From a virus, in IMG/VR virus record IMGVR_UViG_3300010396_000037: DNA of 64,000 bases, one strand, 5' to 3'. Within the stretch, counting starts at the first letter, position 1. The number at the start of each line of letters is the position of its first letter. Below the pieces are notes generated by a model, which was given only the letters and a program-made list of their open reading frames with translations, made no database searches and had not been told where the DNA came from. The position numbers and the translations under genes are program-made. Shown here in pieces: positions 28,977 through 36,610 of the stretch.

Positions 28977-29192
28977 ATGAGAATGATTGACGGATTAAAA
29001 GTTGAATTCATCCCATACGATACCTATTTTTCATCTTTAGCGACAGACTCAATGGGCGCTGTGGCGAAAGAAACAGGAGCTGATGTTGTGTGTCTACTTT
29101 CAAAACATGTTCAGGAAGAAGATGTGACGGATGGTGAAATACGCAATCTTCTTGAAGCTGCGAAAGAAGCAAAGAAGGCACGCCATGATTAA
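28977..29192 (+). CDS. hypothetical protein
   Basis: AGGAG RBS. Confidence 0.65.
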   Translation: MRMIDGLKVEFIPYDTYFSSLATDSMGAVAKETGADVVCLLSKHVQEEDVTDGEIRNLLEAAKEAKKARHD

Positions 29193-29523
29193 GAAATATC
29201 GCATTACGTCTGGTATGGATTTAGAGCTAACTTTGGGCATCGACACAGATGTCTTGTCTGAAGAACTCGCGCATGAAATCAATGATTTTTGGGCTGGAGC
29301 AGACGAAATCCTTGAAGCATCTGATAATGATGTCTATCAAGCAGTTGTTCGACGTGCCGCTAATCCGATTTGGAATGAGTTGTTGAATGACTGGGATGGA
29401 GTCTGGGCATTGGAACAACTTGGTAAGTCAGAGGGGTGGCCTGAAAGACATGGCATCACTATACTCGACTATGAGTTGCCTGATCGTGATCAATGCAGTC
29501 TGGACGTGACGCAATTACCATGA
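29185..29523 (+). CDS. DUF2528-like protein
   Basis: EINDFW..A, EGWP...GI. Confidence 0.7.
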   Translation: MIKKYRITSGMDLELTLGIDTDVLSEELAHEINDFWAGADEILEASDNDVYQAVVRRAANPIWNELLNDWDGVWALEQLGKSEGWPERHGITILDYELPDRDQCSLDVTQLP

Positions 29524-29759
29524 ATATCAACGACGCACTACCATTAACAGCTGTTCAGTTGAATATGATCGATGGATATGATACCAGTGAAATGGTGGTA
29601 CTGCAATTATATGGGGTTACTCATGACACGGACAATCTCTTTGGTATCTTCAGAGATATGGATACTGCAAAAGAGATAGGACGCCTGATGGTGGCCATCC
29701 ATCCTGACATGTACATGACATTTGCTGCTATTTCCAACCAGAGTCCTACGGGTTGTTAA
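29520..29759 (+). CDS. hypothetical protein
   Basis: ATGA overlap. Confidence 0.55.
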   Translation: MNINDALPLTAVQLNMIDGYDTSEMVVLQLYGVTHDTDNLFGIFRDMDTAKEIGRLMVAIHPDMYMTFAAISNQSPTGC

Positions 29760-30019
29760 GGTTTCATCAGTTCAGTGGTGAAATCAATTACAACATCTAA
29801 ATTCTCAATCGTGGCGGCACCTTGCATTTTGATCTTGCCATCAGGTCCGCTGGCACAGAATGAGAAGTCTGAATTGGAATTCTCTCCAACTTCAAGAATG
29901 GCCCAAGCGCCATCTGTTGTATTCCAACACAGGTCCAGAATACCAGCTTCTGTGTCATGGTATTGTTCTGGACTTGGTTCTGAATATTTCCTGCTCTTGA
30001 GATAATCTATCACATTCAT
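29756..30019 (-). CDS. hypothetical protein
   Basis: ATGA overlap with protease gene. Confidence 0.6.
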   Translation of the reverse strand: MNVIDYLKSRKYSEPSPEQYHDTEAGILDLCWNTTDGAWAILEVGENSNSDFSFCASGPDGKIKMQGAATIENLDVVIDFTTELMKP

Positions 30020-30630
30020 TGAATATGTTCCAACTGTTGTGTCGAGAATGACAAAGGATAAGCGCAGGCGAATCCGATGTAATCATGATTGTCAGACAGG
30101 GAGGCTATACAAGTGATGGTTGTGATGATTTCTCCTTGTTGATTGAAAATAGCTGAACCAGAGTCCCCATAGAAACTTGGTAGTTGAAACATCATCATTA
30201 CTGCGCGTGATCCTACATGTGATAGTCCTGAATACACACCAGTCCTATACAACTGATCCAAACGCCCAGGAGCGCCAGCGATAAACACTTCCTGACCCAA
30301 TTGTAAAGGTTGTTGACTAATACTAGCCCAGTTCTTAAAAGTGTATCCCAAAATAACGATCACATGATCTTTGGTATCATATGTTTTATGCTTAACGGGT
30401 ACAACTTTGTCTTTGGAATCCACAGCAAGTGAAGAAGTGTTCTTGTCAACACAATGAGATGCGGTTAATATAGTATGAGGTCCAACTGCAACAGAATTAC
30501 AATCACTGCCGTCAGCAAACCAGATTTGATGTGTCACAGATATCAATGAAACAGGGAAGTCTGCTCTCTGTTGAATTGAACAGCATGAACATAACAAAAG
30601 TAGCAGTATAGCTATCAACAACTTCTTCAT
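30016..30630 (-). CDS. Trypsin-like serine protease, probable lipoprotein
   Basis: LTASHC, D, GDSGS; lipobox-like signal; minus-strand TAAATA near 30656. Confidence 0.88.
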   Translation of the reverse strand: MKKLLIAILLLLLCSCCSIQQRADFPVSLISVTHQIWFADGSDCNSVAVGPHTILTASHCVDKNTSSLAVDSKDKVVPVKHKTYDTKDHVIVILGYTFKNWASISQQPLQLGQEVFIAGAPGRLDQLYRTGVYSGLSHVGSRAVMMMFQLPSFYGDSGSAIFNQQGEIITTITCIASLSDNHDYIGFACAYPLSFSTQQLEHIQ

Positions 30631-30736
30631 GGTTGTTCCCTATTCAAGCCAAAATTATTTAGTTTAGTAAAAAAATTGTCAATACATGCAGCATTTTTTG
30701 AATTCACCTATAAATAGAATACTCGCGAGCTGTCAT

Positions 30737-30777
30737 TTATCATCCGTTAATAAATTTTCATCAAACACGGGTATAAT
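30737..30777 (+). promoter_or_regulatory. Promoter heading the RNA island (late TATAAATA also at 30709)
   Basis: TTATcatccgTTAA-N21-TATAAT. Confidence 0.75.
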
Positions 30778-30878
30778 AGTCCTCGTGTTAAGGGTTAAAG
30801 CGAAATGCTGAACCCAGCTGTAAAATTCAAGCTACTTTGAAAACTGATCAAATTTCACTTGTCCACTCGCAAGAGTGG

Positions 30879-31007
30879 ACATTAGAAAGGGTTCGCCGAT
30901 ATTAGAGCTGATAACTGAACACGACTAGCAAATCGATTCAGGAATAAGCTGCTCGGCTAGGAGGAATCTGGAAACAGAAATACCAGCGGATGAATCCTTT
31001 CTAATGT
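30879..31007 (+). ncRNA. structured ncRNA candidate
   Basis: 17-bp terminal stem ACATTAGAAAGGGTTCG/TGAATCCTTTCTAATGT. Confidence 0.6.
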
Positions 31008-31011
31008 ATAT

Positions 31012-31097
31012 GGGTGTCAGGGAGAGGTCTCCCACGCAGTCTGTAAAACTGCTGCCTCACAAGGGCAATCTAGGATCGTTACCTAGGGCACCCACCA
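31012..31097 (+). tRNA. tRNA-Tyr(GTA)
   Basis: Cloverleaf, long V-arm, CCA; atypical D and T loops. Confidence 0.85.
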
Positions 31098-31102
31098 ATT
31101 TA

Positions 31103-31185
31103 TGGCCTGAAAGCTTGTAAGTCCATGCCGAATTACAACATGGCGTTGAAAACGTAAGCGGGAGAATGGCCCGCCAAGGCAACCA
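31103..31185 (+). ncRNA. degenerate tRNA-like RNA
   Basis: 5-bp/7-nt T-like arm plus ACCA; weak acceptor stem. Confidence 0.45.
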
Positions 31186-31189
31186 AATG

Positions 31190-31287
31190 CAGTAAATGTA
31201 ACAGTGCTGGATGAACGGCTAAGTCGCCCCATTAAAGGGGAGATCCTAGGTTCGAGTCCTAGGGAATAACACTGATAACATTTGCTG
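31190..31287 (+). ncRNA. tRNA-like domain on a long closing stem
   Basis: D-like arm, CCCC/GGGG arm, CTAGG-TTCGAGT-CCTAG, no CCA. Confidence 0.6.
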
Positions 31288-31289
31288 AA

Positions 31290-31601
31290 GTCAGAGGATA
31301 ATGGATGGCCGTCCGGCATCCTCTGGCGGATCTATCTGGATCACAAGAGGGTAGCGGCACAGATAAACCGTCCTGGCGTGATCCTGTTCTTTGCTCATTG
31401 TAAGATGTAAATGAGCTATATCGGTGAGGTTTGCTGCAATCTCACACGTGACCTAAACTGGCAGCATTTAAGTAAAGTTGATGTATCTGGACCTCGAGAC
31501 GGAACATAGCAAAATCTGTGTTCAAATAGAATGACCGGATAGCGCCGGATCACGGGGTAGAACGTTACCAGATGGGAGCTGAGCATCTCATAAAACTGCT
31601 C
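31290..31601 (+). ncRNA. large pseudoknot-rich ncRNA candidate
   Basis: Multiple hairpins, two H-type pseudoknots, no credible ORF. Confidence 0.6.
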
Positions 31602-31609
31602 TTGAATTT

Positions 31610-31682
31610 GGGGCGTGAGCAGATGGCGAGCAACCGCACTGTCTATGCGGTGAAAGGGTTTCGAATACCCTACGTCCCGCCA
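31610..31682 (+). tRNA. tRNA-Asp(GTC)
   Basis: Cloverleaf, GCCA. Confidence 0.88.
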
Positions 31683-31686
31683 AATT

Positions 31687-31787
31687 GAGGTGGCACTTGT
31701 CTCTTCAGACAGAGCTCCTGAATGTGAGACAATGAGTTGGGATCAGAGAATCCGCGAACTCAACACAATTTATGTGCGCACCCGCCA
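31687..31787 (+). ncRNA. structured ncRNA candidate ending GCCA
   Basis: Three-way junction; TTGTCTC/GAGACAA and TGAGTT/AACTCA. Confidence 0.5.
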
Positions 31788-31816
31788 GCTTTTAGAGTGG
31801 TCTAGGTAGCGGCAAT

Positions 31817-31891
31817 GAACCACGACGCAGCTGGTGTGGCGGAGAGGCTTTCACCCTCTTGAGATGGGATCGAAACCCATGTGGTTCTCCA
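31817..31891 (+). tRNA. tRNA-Glu(TTC)
   Basis: Cloverleaf, CCA. Confidence 0.85.
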
Positions 31892-31980
31892 ATTTTTGTA
31901 AAAGTTGTAGTATACTTGAAAGAATTCAGTGGGCGCATCCTCGGCTCCTACAAATTGTTGCACACAGAGAATCAATTTAA

Positions 31981-32058
31981 CGGAGTGTAGCTCAGTCTGG
32001 CTAGAGCATCTGCTTTGGGAGCAGAGGGTCGCAGGTTCGAATCCTGTTTCTCCGACCA
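31981..32058 (+). tRNA. tRNA-Pro(TGG)
   Basis: Canonical cloverleaf. Confidence 0.95.
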
Positions 32059-32062
32059 ATAT

Positions 32063-32139
32063 CAGGGTATAGTTCAGTCTAGTAGAATACTCGGCCTGGA
32101 ACCGAGAGGTCGTTGGAGCGAAGCCAACTGCCCTGACCA
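32063..32139 (+). tRNA. tRNA-Pro(TGG) variant (C33, AGCG T-loop)
   Basis: Cloverleaf, CCA. Confidence 0.85.
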
Positions 32140-32225
32140 ATAAAAAAGATACAAGATAGCCGTCAACTGGGCAACTCCTTTCCCAGTTGCCTTTGAACCG
32201 GAACTTGTATTGATGGAGAAGAACT

Positions 32226-32299
32226 GGGCTGCAAGCATTAAAGTGATGCAGCGGGCCTTTAACCCGCAGAACAGAGAGCGTTACTCTGGCGGCCCACCA
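32226..32299 (+). tRNA. tRNA-Lys(TTT) variant (C33)
   Basis: Cloverleaf, CCA. Confidence 0.85.
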
Positions 32300-32323
32300 A
32301 ATATGCAGCAGAGGAGAATTGCC

Positions 32324-32560
32324 ATGAACACTTATAAGAGTCCAGCGACATATTTTTCTCCATATTCTGTTGTTTCTGGTGTGAACGCTGATATTGCTCG
32401 TCATAGAGACGCGATTAAGGATATGGAAGAAAGGCGCGAAGAGGAAATTCGGAATTCTGGATACAGTACAGATATTGCCCGTCATTATGAATTCTTTATA
32501 AGATTGGCAAAGGATAGTCTTGCAATTGTGACTGATAAAGGTCTTGGCAGAAAGAAGTAA
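32324..32560 (+). CDS. hypothetical protein
   Basis: GAGGAG RBS. Confidence 0.65.
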   Translation: MNTYKSPATYFSPYSVVSGVNADIARHRDAIKDMEERREEEIRNSGYSTDIARHYEFFIRLAKDSLAIVTDKGLGRKK

Positions 32561-32746
32561 TTTAGAGTCAGAACTGAATTTGGTGATGGGCGTTTCCCAC
32601 AAGAACCTTTCAGCAGGGGGAAACTTAAATGGCCTGTAGCCTGCCAACTCGTTTTTTTTAGTCTCGAGAAACGGGTAGTCCGTTAGCTGCTAGCCATAGC
32701 TGGCAGTTTTCTGATGGTGCAACTCCATCAATCTTTACAACGCTGT

Positions 32747-32821
32747 GGGGATTGTAGTTCAATGGTAGAATCTCCGGCTGTGAACCGGAAGACTCAAGAT
32801 CGATACTTGACTTTCCCCCCA
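32747..32821 (+). tRNA. tRNA-His(GTG)
   Basis: Cloverleaf with G-1:C73, CCA. Confidence 0.88.
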
Positions 32822-32827
32822 ATTTAT

Positions 32828-32901
32828 GGGTCTGTAGCTCAAAGGTAGAGCAGAGAGCTGTTAACTCTCCGACCAGGGATCATTACCCTGCTGGCCCGCC
32901 A
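32828..32901 (+). tRNA. tRNA-Asn(GTT)
   Basis: Cloverleaf, GCCA. Confidence 0.88.
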
Positions 32902-32905
32902 ATTT

Positions 32906-32981
32906 GGAACCGTAACTCAATTGTGTAGAGACACGCCTTTTAAGCGGAATGATGAGGGTTCGAGTCCCTCCGGTTTCACCA
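32906..32981 (+). tRNA. tRNA-Lys(TTT)
   Basis: Cloverleaf, weak anticodon stem. Confidence 0.85.
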
Positions 32982-32992
32982 GATTTATAGAA

Positions 32993-33130
32993 TGGACGTG
33001 CATAACGTCCAATAGCAGGTTGAGTCTTGAAAACTCCTTTGCCTGCGAGTTTGTCAACTGACTTGACGGAAAGTTGATGAGCGATTAGTCAATGAAATTC
33101 AACTGCGTCAACAGATGAATGAATTGACTC
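32993..33130 (+). ncRNA. four-hairpin ncRNA candidate with kissing loops
   Basis: Loops TTGACG (33063) and CGTCAA (33106) are complementary. Confidence 0.55.
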
Positions 33131-33138
33131 ATTATTTT

Positions 33139-33212
33139 GGGCTCATAGTACAATGAGAGTACACTGCGCTTGCACCGCGGAGATTAGGGTTTGATTCCCT
33201 ATGGGTCCACCA
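33139..33212 (+). tRNA. tRNA-Ala(TGC)
   Basis: G3:U70, CCA. Confidence 0.9.
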
Positions 33213-33282
33213 ATTTAACAAGCGTTAATTTTTATTTGCTGAATCAAGGTATAATTATCAATTCACATTGATGAAGAATACC

Positions 33283-33516
33283 ATGAATACGATACCTACC
33301 ACGCTTGAATCATTCAAACGATTGGTTGCAAGTTTTTGTAAGAAAGCTGCTGAATGTGATTCGTTGGAGAGTTTGGATGCTGGTTTCAAGACTGTCTCAT
33401 TAGGATATCTTGGATTGCAGAGTGATTCATCTGCGGACGCTCTGATCTCGCAATCATATCTAGAGTATGCATCAAACAGATATGCAGAAAACGAAGTTAG
33501 ATTGTTACAGAAATAA
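33283..33516 (+). CDS. hypothetical protein
   Basis: Follows promoter 33215-33255. Confidence 0.6.
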   Translation: MNTIPTTLESFKRLVASFCKKAAECDSLESLDAGFKTVSLGYLGLQSDSSADALISQSYLEYASNRYAENEVRLLQK

Positions 33517-33520
33517 ATTT

Positions 33521-33608
33521 GCCGGTGTGGTGGAATTGGTAGTCACGCTGGACTCAAAATCCAGTGCCCTCAAAAGGCGTGTCGGTTCGAGTCCGACCAT
33601 CGGTACCA
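33521..33608 (+). tRNA. tRNA-Leu(CAA)
   Basis: Canonical type II. Confidence 0.95.
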
Positions 33609-33686
33609 AATTTCATGTATCAGTCCCAGTTAATACGTTAGGCTGATTTAATTCCTAGGTCGGTGTAGGAGCATGAAAAATACAAT

Positions 33687-33776
33687 GGAGAATGAAGCAG
33701 AGCGGCCTCTGCCACCGCCTTGAAAGCGGATGGTCCGGGAAACCGGATGGTGATCGACACAGCCCGTTCTCCGCCA
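33687..33776 (+). tRNA. tRNA-Ser(TGA), 8/4 fold
   Basis: 8-bp acceptor, 6-bp D stem, long V-arm, G73. Confidence 0.85.
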
Positions 33777-33780
33777 ACTT

Positions 33781-33871
33781 GGAGGATTACCTGACGCAGT
33801 CGTCAGCATCGCCTGGAAAGCGATCGGTTCGGTGCAAACCGAATGGGAGGCGGCATCTCAATTCTCCGCCA
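33781..33871 (+). tRNA. tRNA-Ser(GGA), 8/4 fold
   Basis: GGAGGATT/AATTCTCC acceptor, 4-bp T stem. Confidence 0.85.
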
Positions 33872-33939
33872 CTTACTTTTTTGAATCTTGTGTAGTATAA
33901 TAACTGTTCTGTTCAACAACATCATTATGGAGAAGTTCT

Positions 33940-34215
33940 ATGAATCAGTCCAAACAATATTTGGTCATGCGTAAGCAACATTCTGCTGGACATAACACCC
34001 GTTTTCTGACCACCTTCGGATCATTTCGGTATAAAGCAGAACTGCAAGGTGGAGAAGAGTTCGTTATTGTTCCATATAAAAAAGCTGTCAAGTTCACAAA
34101 TGAATTCCAACAAGAAAGTTATCAAGTTGCTAAGAATCTAAAAAGGAAACTTGGCAGTGCAGGGAAGTCTTTCGGCGTCCGTCCCGATTTCTTTTTTGCT
34201 CCAAAGGAAGTCTAA
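33940..34215 (+). CDS. hypothetical protein
   Basis: TATAAT plus GGAG RBS. Confidence 0.7.
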   Translation: MNQSKQYLVMRKQHSAGHNTRFLTTFGSFRYKAELQGGEEFVIVPYKKAVKFTNEFQQESYQVAKNLKRKLGSAGKSFGVRPDFFFAPKEV

Positions 34216-34223
34216 ACAAATTC

Positions 34224-34298
34224 GGGTTGCTAACTCAACTGGTAGAGTCACGCCTCTTAAGCGGAAAGATCGGGATTCGACTTCCCGGCAACCCACCA
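34224..34298 (+). tRNA. tRNA-Lys(CTT)
   Basis: Cloverleaf, CCA. Confidence 0.88.
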
Positions 34299-34305
34299 AA
34301 TTTAT

Positions 34306-34379
34306 GGCCAGATGGCAGAGTGGTTATGCAGTCGCCTGCAAAACTTCGTACGTCGGTTCGATTCCGACTCTGGCTTCCA
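34306..34379 (+). tRNA. tRNA-Cys(GCA) with disrupted anticodon stem
   Basis: U73, CCA; stem GTCGC/ACTTC mostly unpaired. Confidence 0.8.
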
Positions 34380-34446
34380 ATTCGTTAAGCTTCTGTTAAG
34401 AATTATAGCATTATAATACCTGGTTCCACAACCACAGGACCAAATA

Positions 34447-34644
34447 GTGAAAACTCTTGAAGGCTTGTACGAAGATTGTCGTTCCTACATTGGTTTGAAT
34501 CCAGTTGAAATGACTTCAAGTGATGCACTGGCGTTGTATGCCTTTGTTGAACAGTACACAACAATGGCAAAGGTTCCGAAGGAAGTCATTGATGCTGCAC
34601 AAAAGGTGGCCAACAAATTGCAAGAGTTACACATTCAAGTATAA
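34447..34644 (+). CDS. hypothetical protein
   Basis: Promoter plus AGGA RBS. Confidence 0.6.
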   Translation: MKTLEGLYEDCRSYIGLNPVEMTSSDALALYAFVEQYTTMAKVPKEVIDAAQKVANKLQELHIQV

Positions 34645-34653
34645 ATAAATGTA

Positions 34654-34727
34654 GAGCGTGTGGTATATTGATTGTGCCACGGTCTTCCAAACCGTCGAAG
34701 CGGGTTTGATTCCCGTCATGCTCTCCA
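34654..34727 (+). tRNA. tRNA-Gly(TCC)
   Basis: Cloverleaf, U73. Confidence 0.88.
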
Positions 34728-34734
34728 AATTCGT

Positions 34735-34810
34735 GCAGGTATAGTTCAATTGGTAGAATGCTTCCTTGCCAAGGAAGTGGTTGAGGATTCGAGTTCCTCT
34801 ACCTGCTCCA
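34735..34810 (+). tRNA. tRNA-Gly(GCC)
   Basis: Cloverleaf, U73. Confidence 0.92.
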
Positions 34811-34818
34811 AGCTCCAT

Positions 34819-34894
34819 GCGGGAGTCGTCCAATATCTAAGACGCCAGTCAGCTAAAGACTGGAAATGCTGGTGAAAATCCAGCCCCTGCTCCA
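34819..34894 (+). tRNA. atypical tRNA with central CTA triplet (candidate amber suppressor, Gly-like acceptor)
   Basis: 6-bp stem CCAGTC/GACTGG, loop AG-CTA-AA, TCCA end. Confidence 0.6.
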
Positions 34895-34900
34895 AATTAT

Positions 34901-34975
34901 ATGCCGCTAGTGTTAATGGCAGCACACCAAACTCCAAATCTGGTAGTGAGGGTTCGAATCCTTCGCGGCATGCCA
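34901..34975 (+). tRNA. tRNA-Trp(CCA)
   Basis: Cloverleaf, GCCA. Confidence 0.9.
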
Positions 34976-35044
34976 AATAGCAGAGAAATTCTATGAGTAT
35001 GTGGGGATAGTTTAATTAGAACACCATTTCTGTGAGGTCATATC

Positions 35045-35278
35045 ATGAGCATAGATAAGTCTAAGGTCATCAAAATTATTGGCCCAGATTCAATGTGCTT
35101 TCAAGTGGATGCACAAACTCTTGAAGCAATCTGTTGTGAATATTATGATCCATGGGCCAAGACTCACCCAGAAGCTGGTTACAAAGAAACCATTTCATAT
35201 TTTGAATGGCTTCGCAGACTGGATGAGAGACATGAAAAAGAAAAACAAGAATTCTACCTATCGTTTAACAAGGATTAA
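35045..35278 (+). CDS. hypothetical protein
   Basis: GAGG RBS. Confidence 0.65.
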   Translation: MSIDKSKVIKIIGPDSMCFQVDAQTLEAICCEYYDPWAKTHPEAGYKETISYFEWLRRLDERHEKEKQEFYLSFNKD

Positions 35279-35297
35279 TAAATCTTTGCTGAATCAC

Positions 35298-35332
35298 AGT
35301 ATAATTACTCCTGTTGACAAACTTACTGGAGT
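35298..35332 (+). repeat. 35-bp promoter/RBS repeat, identical copy at 42238-42272
   Basis: AGTATAATTACTCCTGTTGACAAACTTACTGGAGT. Confidence 0.9.
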
Positions 35333-35337
35333 GTGTC

Positions 35338-35532
35338 ATGAAAGTTACTGTGTATCTGACTTCTGGCGCAAAGATTACACTGAAACACGTGGAGAAGTTT
35401 GATATCAAGGTCAATAGTGAAGGTGTTTGTACATCATACCAAATGAAGTCCTATGGCGATGTAGCGCTTTACATCAATCCTTTGCAAATCGTGGCGTTGG
35501 TGCGTCATCACCGTTTCCTGGGAATCTTCTGA
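35338..35532 (+). CDS. hypothetical protein
   Basis: Promoter plus GGAG RBS. Confidence 0.7.
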   Translation: MKVTVYLTSGAKITLKHVEKFDIKVNSEGVCTSYQMKSYGDVALYINPLQIVALVRHHRFLGIF

Positions 35533-35542
35533 GGAGAACACC

Positions 35543-35767
35543 ATGTCTTATGCAACTGGCTCCAAAGAAAACTTCATCACTGTGACCAAAGGAATGTCTG
35601 GCAACTTCGCCGTCATGTTCTGGTGGAATCCTGATCTTGGCGGTTTCTGGGAACCTTGGACAACTGGTTTTGGTCGTTATGAAACCCAGAAGGAAGCCAT
35701 TCAAGAAGGAATTGCATGGGCTGAAGCTGAAGAACTTGAATTTGTTGAACCATCCAAAATTGCTTAA
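35543..35767 (+). CDS. hypothetical protein
   Basis: GAGGAG RBS. Confidence 0.7.
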   Translation: MSYATGSKENFITVTKGMSGNFAVMFWWNPDLGGFWEPWTTGFGRYETQKEAIQEGIAWAEAEELEFVEPSKIA

Positions 35768-35895
35768 CCCAGAATCGCCGACTAATAGGCAGGATCTGAA
35801 GCAATTTGATGTGTAAACCACTAATGAAGTTAGGCAAATCCTGCTTCTGACCTGTGGGTATCGGAGATGAGGTTCATCCGAACATTTTTGTTGTA

Positions 35896-36107
35896 TGGTG
35901 AGCTTTGTAGGCTAAATATGCTGATGAACGCGGAGACTTAGCGGCTTGATTCTACTCGGGTGTGGCAGCATTGTAGTGCACTATGATGCAACGATTGATC
36001 ATCGTGACTGTTCGTGGGTTTGACTCCCACCATCGGCTTCTACAAAGATAGCAGTTACATGGAGTGACTGAGGGAATAACACGAGGCGCAATTGCGCGCC
36101 TACACCA
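35896..36107 (+). ncRNA. scaffolded tRNA-like RNA, copy 1
   Basis: GGTG-AG-stem-[tRNA-like 35920-36037]-stem-AACACG-AGGCG/CGCCT-A-CACC. Confidence 0.7.
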
Positions 36108-36123
36108 AAAGGAAAATAAATTT

Positions 36124-36197
36124 GCCCGGTTAGTTTAATAGTAAAATGCCTCTCTTACACGGAGGATTCGGCGGAGCGTAACCGTCACTGGGTACCA
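36124..36197 (+). tRNA. tRNA-Val(TAC)
   Basis: Cloverleaf, CCA. Confidence 0.88.
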
Positions 36198-36310
36198 ATT
36201 TTGTACATGGAGCATATATGATTACTACAGGTTGGGTCGCTAGAGCGATCATCAGTATGACTCCTGTTGTTTTAATTGGAATTTTGATTGTCTATGTTGT
36301 TTGTAATTTT

Positions 36311-36485
36311 TAGGTGAGTTCTTGAGGTAACAGAATTGACTGTGGGGGTGTAGCTCAACGTTAGAGCACTGAATGCAAGGAGTGTGGCGCGCGCGATCTC
36401 CTTTGGTTCAAGGATGGTGGTTTAACTCCGCCCATCCCCTGCTCAAGAAAACTTAACACGAGGCGTCAACACACGCCTACACCTA
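36311..36485 (+). ncRNA. scaffolded tRNA-like RNA, copy 2
   Basis: Same scaffold around tRNA-like 36344-36439. Confidence 0.7.
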
Positions 36486-36495
36486 GAAAGTTTAT

Positions 36496-36607
36496 GCGGT
36501 TGTCGGGTAAGCTGGTATCCCTCTGCATCATTTGATGCAGGCTTTAATTCCAATAAACGGTCCGTGAGGGAATTGAAGTGGTGGTTCGAATCCATCTGAC
36601 CGCGCCA
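36496..36607 (+). ncRNA. tRNA-like RNA with closed anticodon arm and ~40-nt V-arm
   Basis: Acceptor, D arm, TTCGAAT T-loop, GCCA. Confidence 0.7.
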
Positions 36608-36610
36608 AAT

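Noticed and set aside
31925-31975. HDV-like/theta ribozyme near tRNAs (TCCTCG)
   Set aside because: Could not build the P1/P2/P3 nested double pseudoknot.
31802-32647. 281-aa minus-strand ORF and other ORFs over tRNAs (33692, 34627, 34746, 36727, 43819, 45148)
   Set aside because: Antisense or overlapping shadows of RNA genes, with no RBS or protein-like composition.
34819-34894. Pyrrolysine tRNA
   Set aside because: It shares CUA and a 6-bp stem, but has U73, a normal-size D-loop and a non-Pyl loop sequence, and no pyl genes are in the window.
35000-35028. Additional tRNA (GTGGGGATAGTTTAATTAGAAC)
   Set aside because: Only a 5' fragment; no anticodon or T arm.
35921-35960. Hammerhead ribozyme (CTGATGA)
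   Set aside because: No GAAA after a stem II; the bases fit a tRNA-like acceptor stem better.
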